A stretch of 63,764 nucleotides of DNA, counting the filler, from Octopus bimaculoides (lineage: Eukaryota): NCBI RefSeq assembly GCF_001194135.2. It is 4 parts of 3 records of this genome, joined end to end, with 100 filler letters (N's around TTAATTAATTAA, not from the genome) between each part and the next. Parts side by side here need not be neighbours in the genome. Positions count along the whole stretch, not along the records: positions 27,615 to 46,344 come from NC_068992.1; positions 46,445 to 61,094 come from NC_068986.1; 2 more parts are not named here. One strand, given 5' to 3'. The position numbers and the translations under genes are program-made. A model generated the notes under the pieces. It ran no database searches. It was not told where the DNA came from and saw only the letters and a list, made by a program, of their open reading frames with translations. Shown here in pieces: positions 40,810-54,084 of the stretch (within the stretch, counting starts at the first letter, position 1; each line of letters opens with the position of its first letter).

Positions 40810-41160
40810 TTATCTATCATTTGCTTTCGTCATTAGACTGCGACCATGCTGGGACGTCGCGTTCAAGAAGTTTTAATCGAATGAATCGACCCCAGTATTT
40901 AGGCTTTTAAAACCTGGTACTTATTCCATGACTCCTTTTGCCGCACCGCTAGATTTACGAGGACGTAAACACACCAACACCGGCTCTCAACCTTTGGTGA
41001 TGGACAAACACAGAGGGACACGCACATACATACGCACACACACGCACATAAATGCCTATATATATATATATATATGTTCATATGTTTGACGAGATTTTCT
41101 TTGATTTTCTGTCCAACAAATCCACTCACAAGGCTCTGGTTTACCCAACAATTGCCGCTC
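40810..41160 (-). mobile_element. SINE family B
   Basis: gactgcgaccatgctgg..aatcgaccccagta..cttttgccgcaccgct..ccactcacaaggctctgg. Confidence 0.85.
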
Positions 41161-42016
41161 AAGGCAATTATATGTTATATATAAAGACGCATACACAAAC
41201 AGATAAACTGTCGTAATCTGCTTAACAACCTATGACATATTAAAGAGGTTCTCCTTGAAACCAACTGCTTTGTCATCCTGCTCTTCGCATATCTTAAGCT
41301 TAATTTCGTATCGCTTAAAATCTGAGTTACTGGAAGTTATATTGCTATCTTAAACAATTGCATATACTTATTATAAGACTGCTTCACAAACAAGAAACAT
41401 CTACTTACATCTCGATAACAGCTTTATCTACCTTCGACCACCTGTAACATTAGCAACGTTTAAGGATAGCAAGTAATGAACAATACTATTGTATTTCTAC
41501 TGTAAATCTACGTTTTGTATGATATAAAATCCTCCTTTAAAGGATTATACTGAATCTCAACTAAGCAAATCACTCTAAATAATTTCAGATAAAAAACAAA
41601 GATACTAACAAACAGAAAATATGGTGCAACAATTACTGTTATAACAACACTGAGTAGAAAATGTACGTCGTTGATAAATATCAAGAAATTGGAACTGACG
41701 ATATCTCTGCCATCTCAAGTAGTTATTCTTGCTTTCAAGGCTTGTTAAATATCGTTTGACTTTTTAAAGAGCTTTGAGAGTTTCACAGTAATTTATATAA
41801 TTTTGTTTTCCTTTTCCAAACTGGCATGCATTGATTCGACGTATATAATTGATCCAACATTTATCAGTGTGTGGAATATGATTGGCATTACACTTATACA
41901 TATAGAATACAGCCTTACTGTTATGCACGCACGCACACACACACTCACACACACGCACACATGCAACGCATACATGCATACAAACATATACATGCATGTA
42001 TACATACATACATTCA

Positions 42017-42071
<55 letters not shown>

Positions 42072-42522
42072 GCATAGGGAGAGACAGTAATTTGTATTTT
42101 GTTTCACTGATATATTTCAATGGAGTTCATATCATAATTTCCATTAAAACATAATACACATTAAGAGAAGCCTATCTGATGTAAACGTTATGGCAATATC
42201 TTGTTAGATCTGAACGGTAAAATGTTGGGAAATAACATTAGAAATAATTTGAATCCATTTCTGAATAAAATATCAGAAGGATGATTCCTTTCCTGACTGC
42301 CATAAAAATTGTTGGATTTCTTTTCCATTTTCTGTTTTACTATTATTAATGTTTGACAACGCTTAGATTCAATGAAAATATTTCGCAATAGCTTCCGAAA
42401 GATTAACCATCAATATTACTTTCTTATATTCAAACAATCATGAAATAATCCATCCATCAATCCGTCCATCCATCCGCCCGTCCGTTTATCCTTTCATGTG
42501 TTCATTTATCTGTCCATCAATG

Positions 42523-42585
<63 letters not shown>

Positions 42586-42729
42586 TTATCTATCTATCCA
42601 TTCGAAAAATATATAAAGCCTGTATTCCGTAAAATGGGTTTTCATATCGTCCCCATCCTATTTCTCATCTTCAGAATCGGGGTTGATTGTAAATAATGAT
42701 ATTTTCGTTACTGTAGATAATGTTAAAAT

Positions 42730-43150
42730 GTGTAAGAATCCACAACTCAATTGAAAATCGCACACGTTAGAAATGTTTTATGTTCATGTCAATTTTCCTG
42801 AAAAACTTGGCAGACCTATCCTTATTTTTCTGCTGTTGGAGAGAAATGCGGAGATCTGATGTTTTGGCGAAAGAAGAGATTGAACGAAGTGGCTAGTTCA
42901 AAACCTGGCAGTGACACAGTATGACTGCTGGTAAGAAAAGAGATTGATAAGTTGGGTGGGCTTAAAAAGAGGTGGTACGAGAGGGATATTTCTGCAGTTG
43001 AGAAGCAAATGTAGTGACGGTAGCAGAGATCTAGTGAGATAGAGGTAGCACAACTGAAGAGATACTGATTGAGATGTGCTGGTGAACGATATCATGCTAG
43101 TCAGTCGATTGGTATTCTTTGGATACAATCTAGGGTGCCATTATGTGTAC
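42730..43150 (-). mobile_element. CR1/L2-type LINE C-terminal relic
   Basis: Frameshifted IQRIP.RLTSMISFTSTSQS, LCYRHY, LVPPLFKPTQL, HTVSLP motifs typical of the post-RT region of CR1/L2-like ORF2. Confidence 0.55.
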
Positions 43151-43211
43151 TACCTGCAACATTACACGTATGAGAGCAGTGCTTGATTTGGGGTGGCTGC
43201 AATTGAGCGGC

Positions 43212-43274
43212 TATATAAGTAGCAGTTTTCTCTTCTTGTGAGCTCTGAAATACCTTCTGATCATGAAGGTAACG
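43212..43274 (+). promoter_or_regulatory. Candidate TATA promoter with first exon ending ATG AAG|GTAACG
   Basis: GCTATATAAG at 43210-43219, pyrimidine-rich putative 5' UTR, ATG at 43263, donor-like GTAACG at 43269. Confidence 0.3.
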
Positions 43275-43440
43275 GTAGTTACCAATATTCTAAAGCGATC
43301 AATTTTCAATAATTTAAATCTGGCTTGCGCAAGTTAACGGAATAAAACAACGAGACTAACGGGTACATACGTTATATAAAATATCGTTTAATTAAAGTAA
43401 TTGTAGATCTGAGAAAAAACATCTTTCATATTTTTTAATC

Positions 43441-43480
<40 letters not shown>

Positions 43481-44299
43481 CCTGTCTGTCTGTCTACCTG
43501 TCTGTCTGTCTGTCTCTCTATTTATTTATTTATTTATCTGATTGTCCATCCGTCTGTTTATTAGGCCTGCCATAGAGATATTGATATTCACGTACTCACG
43601 TAGTTAAGGAGAGTTTAATAGACAGATATAAAAACAGATATGTCGCAATGCAGATAGAAGGAAACCGGAAATATAGCCTAAATGAGGGAGTCGATTAACA
43701 GTGAAATGTACACTGACAATGAAATCGCAGTCAACCATTTTCTTTACCGTCTTAAGTTTTAAGTACGATTTCTGTAGATTAAGAAAAAACGGAACGCGCT
43801 CGCTTCAAGCAACTTCTGATATAATGTACTCGTCATCAGTAAAAACATTCGATTGTTTCTAGTGTGAGAATGTTTTTGAGAAGCTGTTCGCCTATGGGTC
43901 CGTTCGTTTGTATCAATAGTGAACTTACAATATTCTTCAGTGTTAACCCTGAAGGCGAGAGAAACAAACACTACAGATATCAAGTATATATTCTCGCATT
44001 ACATATTACACATTAACTTACAATAATGATTTCTCATCATTAACAATGCTAAAACATTACTATCTTCGGCGATTTCTTATATCGACATATAAAAGAGCAT
44101 TCAGGGAAGTAAACCTTGTTTTTTAGGATCAGAAAATGCTGCTCCTTTGTAAATATAATAGGTATGTTTTGAGGATTGAACGTATTTCTCGCTTTGCCAA
44201 AATTCTTCAAGAAGTATTTTAATCATGCAAATATATTTTGACTGGTATTGCAGATATTAAATTATTGCTTCTTGATAATGCAATATTAAATGTCTTATT

Positions 44300-44449
44300 C
44301 ATGGCTGTGTGGTAAGAAGCCTGCTTCCTAATCACATGGTTCCGGGTTCAGACCCACTGCATGGCACCTTTGGCAAGTGTCTTCTACTATAGCCGCGGGC
44401 TGACCAAAGCTTTGTGAGTGGATTTGGTAGATAGAAATTAAAAAAAGGT

Positions 44450-44524
<75 letters not shown>

Positions 44525-44725
44525 CCCCCATCACCGCTTGACAACAAGTGCTGGTGTGTTTATGTCCCCGAAACTTAGCGGTTCGGCAAAAGAACCCGAT
44601 AGAATAAGTACCAGACTTATAAAACTTAAGTACTGGGGTTGACACATTCGACTAAAATTCTTTAAGGCGGTGCTCCAGCATGGCCTTTTCCTAATGGCTG
44701 AAACAAGTAAAAGCTAAAAGATAAG
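44300..44725 (+). mobile_element. SINE family B, full length
   Basis: ggctgtgtggtaagaagcctgcttcc head through ggcggtgctccagcatggcc..gaaacaagtaaaag tail. Confidence 0.92.
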
Positions 44726-45403
44726 TGAATCTGGTTTCAATGCATTAAGCTACTTCTTAAACAAACTGCATCCAGTTCTTCTTATCTTTTCACTGGGACT
44801 TTATTTTCATGGTAGTCTATACAAGTTGGGAAAAACATCATTCGGAAATATACAAAGGATATTTTCTTGCATGCATTTTTACGCAATGCAAGTTAAATAC
44901 TATTAGTGATCTATATACATTTTAAGTTGAATTAAAATTTTGTCACCTTCAGAATGTTTAGATTTCAATCACTTTTCAATTTATGTTTTAAATTTCTTGA
45001 TGTTATTTCTGATTCCCTTTCTCTGTCTACTTTAATTACGTTACTTGAAATTCTGTCCTTATATTGTAATATGGAAGACGTGCTTAATGCACATGGCATT
45101 CCCATAATAACTTCTTATCTTTGAAGTAAGTTATTTTTACGAAAAAATAATATGATTTGCCAATGTTTCAACGCAACATGTCTATCTTTTTAAAGATGTA
45201 TTCAGGTCTTCTGACACATCAGGAAATAATTTCTCTTCTTGTTGCAGTTATAATTGTCAAGGCATTCACTTTTCTACGCTTTTGATAAAGCATATTAAAA
45301 TTTCATAAAACTAGAAAACAGGAAAAGAGAAAAATACCTATTAATTTATTTCAATGTACCTGATTTGTTGCAATTACTAAAACCTACATAAATGCGTACA
45401 AAG

Positions 45404-45404
<1 letters not shown>

Positions 45405-45475
<71 letters not shown>

Positions 45476-45581
45476 GCTCGTCCCTCTGTCTGTCTGCCTG
45501 CCTGACTGTCTGTCACTCTATCTATCCATCTACCTCCATACCAACCTCCCTCTCTTCGTACCCACCAACGTACCTACCTAC

Positions 45582-45650
<69 letters not shown>

Positions 45651-45660
45651 CATCTATCTG
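45405..45660. repeat. (ATCT)n / (CTGT)n / (ACCT)n tetranucleotide arrays
   Basis: Direct reading; similar arrays at 42521-42597 and 43440-43520. Confidence 0.9.
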
Positions 45661-46388
45661 TGTGTACGTATATATATATATGTGCAGGCAAAATGAAAGA
45701 GAGAAATAGAGAGAGAGAGAGAAAGAGAAAGAGAAAGAAAGAGAGAAAGAGAGAGAGAGAGACTGTGTGTGAGAGATAAGAGACGTATAGATTTAAAAAG
45801 TAAAAATTTTCGCATAAGAAAATGATACATCAACTAACAATCTTCATTTTTTTTTATTAAATGTAAGTTAACATAAGTTTTTATCTCTAATACAAAATTT
45901 TTGAAACCAAATCTTCTGTGAATTGATACTGCCTAGATCTAATTTTTTTTCTCTCTATATGCCAGCTCATGATTCCTGTCAAATGAAGCATATTTCTGTC
46001 ATCTGTGATGATCTGTGATTCTTTTAATACAGTAAGTTTCAGCCGTTCCGTTAAAATACGTATACGTCTAATATATCGGGCTACCAAAATTTATATATTC
46101 ATTCACAAAGACAATTCTGGGATTTCTGTAGAGCATTGCAATTAGAGTTGCATTCTTCAGTTTAACTGTTTGTAACAAAATGTATGACATATCTTAGAAC
46201 CATGTCTCGCATTATACAACTCCACATAAGTTAGAAAGAATCCGATACACAGTCTTCTCCTCAAGGATATAGATTAGGTTTGTTTGTTTTTCTCCTTTTT
46301 TCTTATTTTTACTATTCTCCTTAACGAATATATATATATATATANNNNNNNNNNNNNNNNNNNNNNNNNNNNNNNNNNNNNNNNNNNN

Positions 46389-46400
46389 TTAATTAATTAA
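46389..46400. other. Assembly linker TTAATTAATTAA
   Basis: Embedded in N run. Confidence 0.95.
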
Positions 46401-48653
46401 NNNNNNNNNNNNNNNNNNNNNNNNNNNNNNNNNNNNNNNNNNNNTATATATATATATATATATCAACAGACATACATGCATATGTACATTTATACATCTT
46501 AGAAGATATTTCTGAAAATTCATTTGTATGCTAACAAAAATATGGAAGAAAATATATCAATACTTGTGAAATAAACCGCCCTTCGAGTTATAACTGGCAT
46601 TGAATTATTCCATTTATTTTAAGTGATTCTACTCCAAAGGACAAGTTCTATGACCATAATTAAGAAGAAATTTTAGAAGATGTCTAATATATCAGCAAAG
46701 CCGAACATTAATTTAAAACGTTTATGATGAAGTAATACGAATATTTTCTCACGTTAACCAACTATGCAATGAAGATTTCAAAGTTTTCCATGTACTGAAA
46801 AAACAGTATGACTGAACTTTATGCGTGCAATTACTCATTATTTAAAGCAAAGTCTGAAAATATTTGTAAATAATTTTCTTCTAGGTTTGTTAAATGTATC
46901 TATACGTTGACAAAAAAGTATCATGGGGCAAATTTAGGTTAAACCAAAGTCAGCCCCAAGGGCTGTGTTAATATATGTTGATTTAAACACAATTGAATTG
47001 GTTTTCAAAAGACAATAACCGTTCAGGGGCCAATTTCTGTGAGAAGTGTGGCTACAAATAAGGGAATTAACTATATTGTTGGGGAATAGATATCTAGAAT
47101 AAACTCTATTATGGGAAATTGTAATATATCTAGAACATGAATAGCTTACTTTGTCATTCTATTTAATACATTATAATTTTCATTTATACGAAAATGCAAA
47201 GAGATTAATTTAGGTAATGCTTGGCCTGTTAGACGGGGATATCACTTGCAAGTTCGATTAAACATTTTACTTCTAAAGTAATCGAAAGAACACTGTTCAT
47301 GCTATTTCTATATCATACTATTTATATTTATTGTATATCAAAGCTAGTCTATACTGTGTGGACATGTGCAACTAGTAGTTCGGAGAAACGACTTGTGAAA
47401 TTTCATCTTCCAGCCAATTACATTATAGCATTTTAATAACATGATTACTCTTTACTTGTACCGATAAACAAACACGCTAGTGTATACACATACTAATGCA
47501 TTCACAAACACATATATGTCTGTTTCTGCATAGATACATTATTTGGGCAGTTTTATTCAGGGCCAATCTTTCACATACTCAAATAGGATTCGTTGCGCAA
47601 TCTGTAATAATCAGATTATAAACTAAGAAAAACATTTCTCATTGTAATTCCATAAAATCATTTCTATGTTTCATAATATATGTACTTCTATGCGTGTATC
47701 ATCATTGACATCTTCATCTGTAAAAGCAAATAAGTTAGTAGATAACCATAAATATCATTGAACGACCATTTTAGACAAAAAGAACATTTTAAAGGTGGTT
47801 TAAGGCGGTTAAATATGGGTTAGAATAGACATAAAGTTTGTTAATTAAAATGAATTAATGTCTGTGGAGTGGAATCCGAAGGCATTCTGGAATAACATCC
47901 TAATTCTAATGACTTTAAAGATGAAAGATACCTAAATTATTGCTATAATACTAATTTAAGTGGCCCTCTCTCGACAAAAGTGGGTACGTTACTTAGTGCG
48001 CTAGTCTGGTTTCTACGTTTATAGTGCAAATCTGAACTCTGGTTAATTGCTCTAATTGTTAGAATGATTAAAGTTTGTGTAAGATGCCTACATGGATTAA
48101 ATAGTTAGTTGTTCGACAATGCATGTGGAAAATTAGATAGGCAAAACCAATTAACGATCCTAAATTTACCGACGTCACATGCAAAGCTTGACGGATGGAA
48201 TTCTTCTGTTAAGTAGAACTCTTCTGTTAGGTATATGGAAGTGCTGGAAATATTAGGAATAACATATATGCAGTTAATAACTCTAGAAAAAACGCACGCA
48301 CACACTCACACATATCAACATGGATCGCAAAATACAAACATACATTGACCGAATATGTACGTGTATACACAGACGTACACACGACCAAACACACACATAT
48401 AGGTATGTATATGCATACATATGTAGATCTATATATATGTATATACATATACATTCATACTCACATCTAATATAGACACATACAAATATATTATGTATAT
48501 ATATATANNNNNNNNNNNNNNNNNNNNNNNNNNNNNNNNNNNNNNNNNNNNNNNNNNNNNNNNNNNNNNNNNNNNNNNNNNNNCAATATCCAAATTTCCG
48601 AAAGATATATGTTTAATGTGACAGTAATATTTTGAATTATAATTAAATTTAAA

Positions 48654-49308
48654 TTTAAGATGTACAAAATATAAATATATATAAAAAATATAAATATACA
48701 CAAAAATACATGCGTATATAAATGTATATAAAAATGTATGCGTAATTGAGTATAAATATTATGAAAGTCTAAAAATTAAAATATTGTTGTGATTCATAGG
48801 ATTACCAATATATCCAACAACAAGATGAACTTTACTATAATTATATATTGGAATTCGTAAATATTCTGAAAAACATATCACTTTAAAAAAAAAACTATAT
48901 ATCATTTAAAATTTCTACAAATGAAAAATATGAATTTTCCAAATTATAGGACGGATTACTTTTACAAACACTTAAAGGACAGTGTACATTTTAATATTTT
49001 CAATATTTTTAATATTTTTAATATTTTAATTAATATCATCTTATTATATATACCATTCGTTTTTAACACGTATATAATAACTCTATTCATCTCTGACGAG
49101 CGTAATTATTACCAGTATGCTAATCTATATTGATTACATTGTGGAGGCAATAAAGTCCGCGAAACGATCGTCAGATACTTTTTAATTTTTAGACTTTCAT
49201 AATATTTATACTCAATTACGCATACATTTTTATATACATTTATATACGCAGGTATTTTTATTTACATTTATATTTTTTGTTATATATTTATATTTTGTAC
49301 ATCTTAAA
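48654..49308. repeat. Long inverted repeat: arms ~48654-48781 and ~49180-49308, ~400-bp spacer
   Basis: Arms are reverse complements over ~128 bp with few differences; right arm runs into a gap. Confidence 0.92.
49089..49176 (+). ncRNA. Type I hammerhead ribozyme motif (minimal, Penelope-like-element type)
   Basis: Stem I ATCT/AGAT; core CTGACGA (49093-99); stem II GCG/CGC with 55-nt loop; GAAA (49161-64); palindromic helix III ACGATCGT; GTC cleavage triplet ending at 49172. Confidence 0.7.
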
Positions 49309-51749
49309 NNNNNNNNNNNNNNNNNNNNNNNNNNNNNNNNNNNNNNNNNNNNNNNNNNNNNNNNNNNNNNNNNNNNNNNNNNNNNNNNNNNNNNNNNNNN
49401 NNNNNNNNNNNNNNNNNNNNNNNNNNNNNNNNNNNNNNNNNNNNNNNNNNNNNNNNNNNNNNNNNNNNNNNNNNNNNNNNNNNNNNNNNNNNNNNNNNNN
49501 NNNNNNNNNNNNNNNNNNNNNNNNNNNNNNNNNNNNNNNNNNNNNNNNNNNNNNNNNNNNNNNNNNNNNNNNNNNNNNNNNNNNNNNNNNNNNNNNNNNN
49601 NNNNNNNNNNNNNNNNNNNNNNNNNNNNNNNNNNNNNNNNNNNNNNNNNNNNNNNNNNNNNNNNNNNNNNNNNNNNNNNNNNNNNNNNNNNNNNNNNNNN
49701 NNNNNNNNNNNNNNNNNNNNNNNNNNNNNNNNNNNNNNNNNNNNNNNNNNNNNNNNNNNNNNNNNNNNNNNNNNNNNNNNNNNNNNNNNNNNNNNNNNNN
49801 NNNNNNNNNNNNNNNNNNNNNNNNNNNNNNNNNNNNNNNNNNNNNNNNNNNNNNNNNNNNNNNNNNNNNNNNNNNNNNNNNNNNNNNNNNNNNNNNNNNN
49901 NNNNNNNNNNNNNNNNNNNNNNNNNNNNNNNNNNNNNNNNNNNNNNNNNNNNNNNNNNNNNNNNNNNNNNNNNNNNNNNNATATATATATATATATATAT
50001 ACATATGAATATCAATAATTGACTGAGATTAACCAAATTAGATTTATTTTTTGCAACAACTGCTTCAAAGTCATCTTTAGCGTATGTTAGTCATTTTGGT
50101 TAGAAAATATTAATGATCTACGCAGGTCTGTTCTTACTAATTTTAAAATCGAAATTATTGACGAACAATATAGGCTTACAAAGGTTTGTTAGATTACAAG
50201 CTTAATCCAGGTTGACCTTTAAGTAAGTGACTAAATAATATATGGAGAACTAGGGAAGGACACACAGACTGAAAGAGAGAAGTGCTGGGAGTTTAATAGG
50301 GATGTGGTTGAGAATATGTTGGGAATATAAGTAAAACAGTAAATATGATGGAAAATTGAAAGTATAAATGAAAATGATAACAACGAATGAATTACAACGG
50401 AACGCTACGGATAAGTAAACAAAGCAAAGAGTAAAAAATATGTAAAGAAAATGACAAAATTCAAAGAAAAATGTGAAAATAAACACAGAAAAAAAGGAGA
50501 AATATCTAAAAGTGGAAACAGATATCCTGAAAAATAGAGCAATATATAAAAAAAGGGTTTTTTTCATTCTTTGATTTGGTTCATACATTACGACTAAGGT
50601 CAGGCTGGAGCAACGCCTTTCTGGTTAAAGAGGAAGAAAAGAAATGAAAAAATAATGATAGATTGAGAATTAAACATTAATGAAAGATGTTAGATAAGCG
50701 TAAAGATATCAATGTAATATAAACAAATATTTATATCTTTCCATCTTTCTCGTTCCCCTTCTCTGTGTGTGCGTGTATTTGTATATATGCATGCATGCAT
50801 ACATGTATGTATGTATGTATGTATGTATGTATTTATGTATGTATTTATGTGTGTATACATGTAAGTATGTATGCATGTATGTATGAATATATATACATTC
50901 CTCTTCGTGCAGACATAAATGTCTCGTCACCACCCAAATGAAATTTATAAACACAAGTTATTGTTTGTGCCCCAAATACACTTACCCTCTTATTTCTGCC
51001 AAAGAATCACATTCAAAATATCTTATCAAAATGAGTATTTTCTAAATGTTTGCTTACATATACATATTCACATACGCATACATTCACATGTCATAGCGTG
51101 CGCGTACATACATAATACATACATACATACATACATATATATATATGTGTGTGTGTGTGTACATGAAAATATATACGTATATATATATATATATACATAT
51201 GTACATATGTATTAGTAGGGAGTTGATCTCTATCTTACAGAATGATGGCATAAACTCTATGGGAGTGGCAGAATGCAGAGAATGGAAGATGTTAAGAAAA
51301 TATAAAGAAAGGGGAAAAGAGGGAGAAAATAAGGAAATTATATGAAATGCTTATTTCAGTATATAGTGATGCGTTAATTTTTATAAACACATCGACTGCG
51401 ATTCATACAAAACCAGATATAAACATACATATGCGTGTGCGTGCGCGTGCGCCTGTTAATGTGTGCGTGTTTGCGTGTCCGTCTGTCCTTGCGTGAGTGA
51501 GTCTGCATGCGTATGAACATTTGTGTATATGCGTGCTTATGGTGTCTGTATGTTTGTGTGCTTGCGTGCCAATGCTTGTGTGTGTTTGATGAACGCATGT
51601 GTACGTTTTATGAAACGAACTTTTAAGTGTTTAAGTACCGCTCCATCTCTATGTATATATGCATAATATGCTTGATGTATGTATATTTATATGCTTATGT
51701 TCATTTATACATATGTATGTATATTTATATGTATGTGGTTATAAAATGT

Positions 51750-51807
<58 letters not shown>

Positions 51808-53311
51808 NNNNNNNNNNNNNNNNNNNNNNNNNNNNNNNNNNNNNNNNNNNNNNNNNNNNNNNNNNNNNNNNNNNNNNNNNNNNNNNNNNNNNNNNNNNNN
51901 NNNNNNNNNNNNNNNNNNNNNNNNNNNNNNNNNNNNNNNNNNNNNNNNNNNNNNNNNNNNNNNNNNNNNNNNNNNNNNNNNNNNNNNNNNNNNNNNNNNN
52001 NNNNNNNNNNNNNNNNNNNNNNNNNNNNNNNNNNNNNNNNNNNNNNNNNNNNNNNNNNNNNNNNNNNNNNNNNNNNNNNNNNNNNNNNNNNNNNNNNNNN
52101 NNNNNNNNNNNNNNNNNNNNNNNNNNNNNNNNNNNNNNNNNNNNNNNNNNNNNNNNNNNNNNNNNNNNNNNNNNNNNNNNNNNNNNNNNNNNNNNNNNNN
52201 NNNNNNNNNNNNNNNNNNNNNNNNNNNTATATATATACACACACACATATATGTAAATATATATATATATAGATAAATAGATGGATATATATAATTTTGT
52301 AATAGATTTATACATGTGTATATTATAATACATATGTGTGTGTGTCTGTACATACAAACATACAAACATACATATATAAAGATCCATACATAAACATGTT
52401 CACACTGATACATATATAGAATTGTTTTTTTTTTTTGTCGATAGATTCTTTCAAATTACTCTGACGTTTGGCATTTGTTATTCTTTTATTCCATTACCCT
52501 CCATTTTTTTTAAATGTTAACTAAACATCTCAAATTTGCGCCCACGGAATCCAACTTCAGCTTGCATCCACTAACCTTGCCCTAAAAGCGTCCGACGCCA
52601 TGATACTACGCCACTCCATTTCCTCGTCAAGACTCCCAATACCATCGTACACATTTCAAACATAATGAGGTTCTTTCTAAAGCAAACACATCTGAGATCT
52701 CTAAAGTCTATCAAACAGAATATTCTCTCTGCCTACAGTAAATGATATTGTATCGGCGATTTTTATCTCGGTAGTGGAGGATGAAAAAAAATAATGTAAC
52801 ATAAAAATGATAGCCAGTCTAGAATTCTCTGCAAAGCACAGTCACAGAGTTATTTATAAGTGGACACATATGCACTAAAGCGCGCGCACACACATAAACA
52901 GACACTCACACTAACACAAACACTAATAAGTATATATATATTTAAGTGTGCTGGTGTTAATGTAAACTTTGTTATGCAGTATATATTTTCTATATCTATG
53001 AATGCATATACACCCATAAACACACACACACATATATATATGTGTGTGTGTGTGAGTGTGTGTGTATAAGTATATATATATATATATATATATATCCATA
53101 CATACATATGCATACATATACATGCAAATGCATATATACAAGCACACACACATATATGGATATATATATATATATGTGTGTGTATATATAAANNNNNNNN
53201 NNNNNNNNNNNNNNNNNNNNNNNNNNNNNNNNNNNNNNNNNNNNNNNNNNNNNNNNNNNNNNNNNNNNNNNNNNNNNNNNNNNNNNNNNNNNNNNNNNNN
53301 NNNNNNNNNNN

Positions 53312-53458
53312 CTGTGTATAAATATTTATATGCAAATATGCATGTGTGTTTATATGTGTGTATATATATATATATGTATGTATATATATATATATGTATC
53401 TCTGTATATATGTAAGTGTCTGTGTATAAATATTTATATGCAAATATGCATGTGTGTT

Positions 53459-53500
<42 letters not shown>
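53312..53500. repeat. Tandem repeat, 108-bp unit, ~1.7 copies visible next to a gap
   Basis: ctgtgtataaatatttatatgcaaatatgcatgtgtgtttatatg starts at 53312 and again at 53420. Confidence 0.85.
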
Positions 53501-53509
<9 letters not shown>

Positions 53510-53964
53510 CACACATATATATATTTTTTTTCTAGCAATAAATCACCTCGCTCACCCGTATACAGAATACAGAAAAGAGTTCTCTAAATTGTCTCGGTAA
53601 TTCTAATTGTAGCAAAAATGTGGGATATTCAGTTAGAGTTCAGTGCAAGACAAGACTTGCCCTGTTATTTACAGCTTTTGTTAAATGATATTTACTCGTT
53701 CGATCATGAGAGTGTATAACATGAGATGAGTATGAGAGAAACATGGACTCGTAATGTTTTATTCTAGCAATATTTGCTGCCAGTCTCCGACATTGAAGTT
53801 ACGCTAAAAATGTATTGAGTGATGTAGTATGAGAACCAGTGAGAGGAAACTAGGAATGAGAAAGTAAGTTATGAAACAAAATGAAAGAATGGGGATATAT
53901 TTAGACAGAGCCAAGATGAGAAGAAGATATGTGTAAGGAAAATCGAGTGAAAGCAGGAGGACAA

Positions 53965-54084
53965 AGAAGAAGAAGAAGAAGCAGAAGAAGAAGAAGAAGA
54001 AGAAGAAGAAGAAGAAGAAGAAGAAGAAGAAGAAGAAGAAGAAGAAGAAGAAGAAGAAGAAGAAGAAGAAGAAGAAGAAGAAGA
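53965..54084. repeat. (GAA)n microsatellite
   Basis: Direct reading. Confidence 0.95.

Noticed and set aside
43929-43948. Strong minus-strand micro-exon candidates (also 50986-51041 and ~45280-45320)
   Set aside because: Could not be chained into a coherent ORF; they show that good splice pairs occur on both strands by chance, which lowers confidence in the plus-strand model
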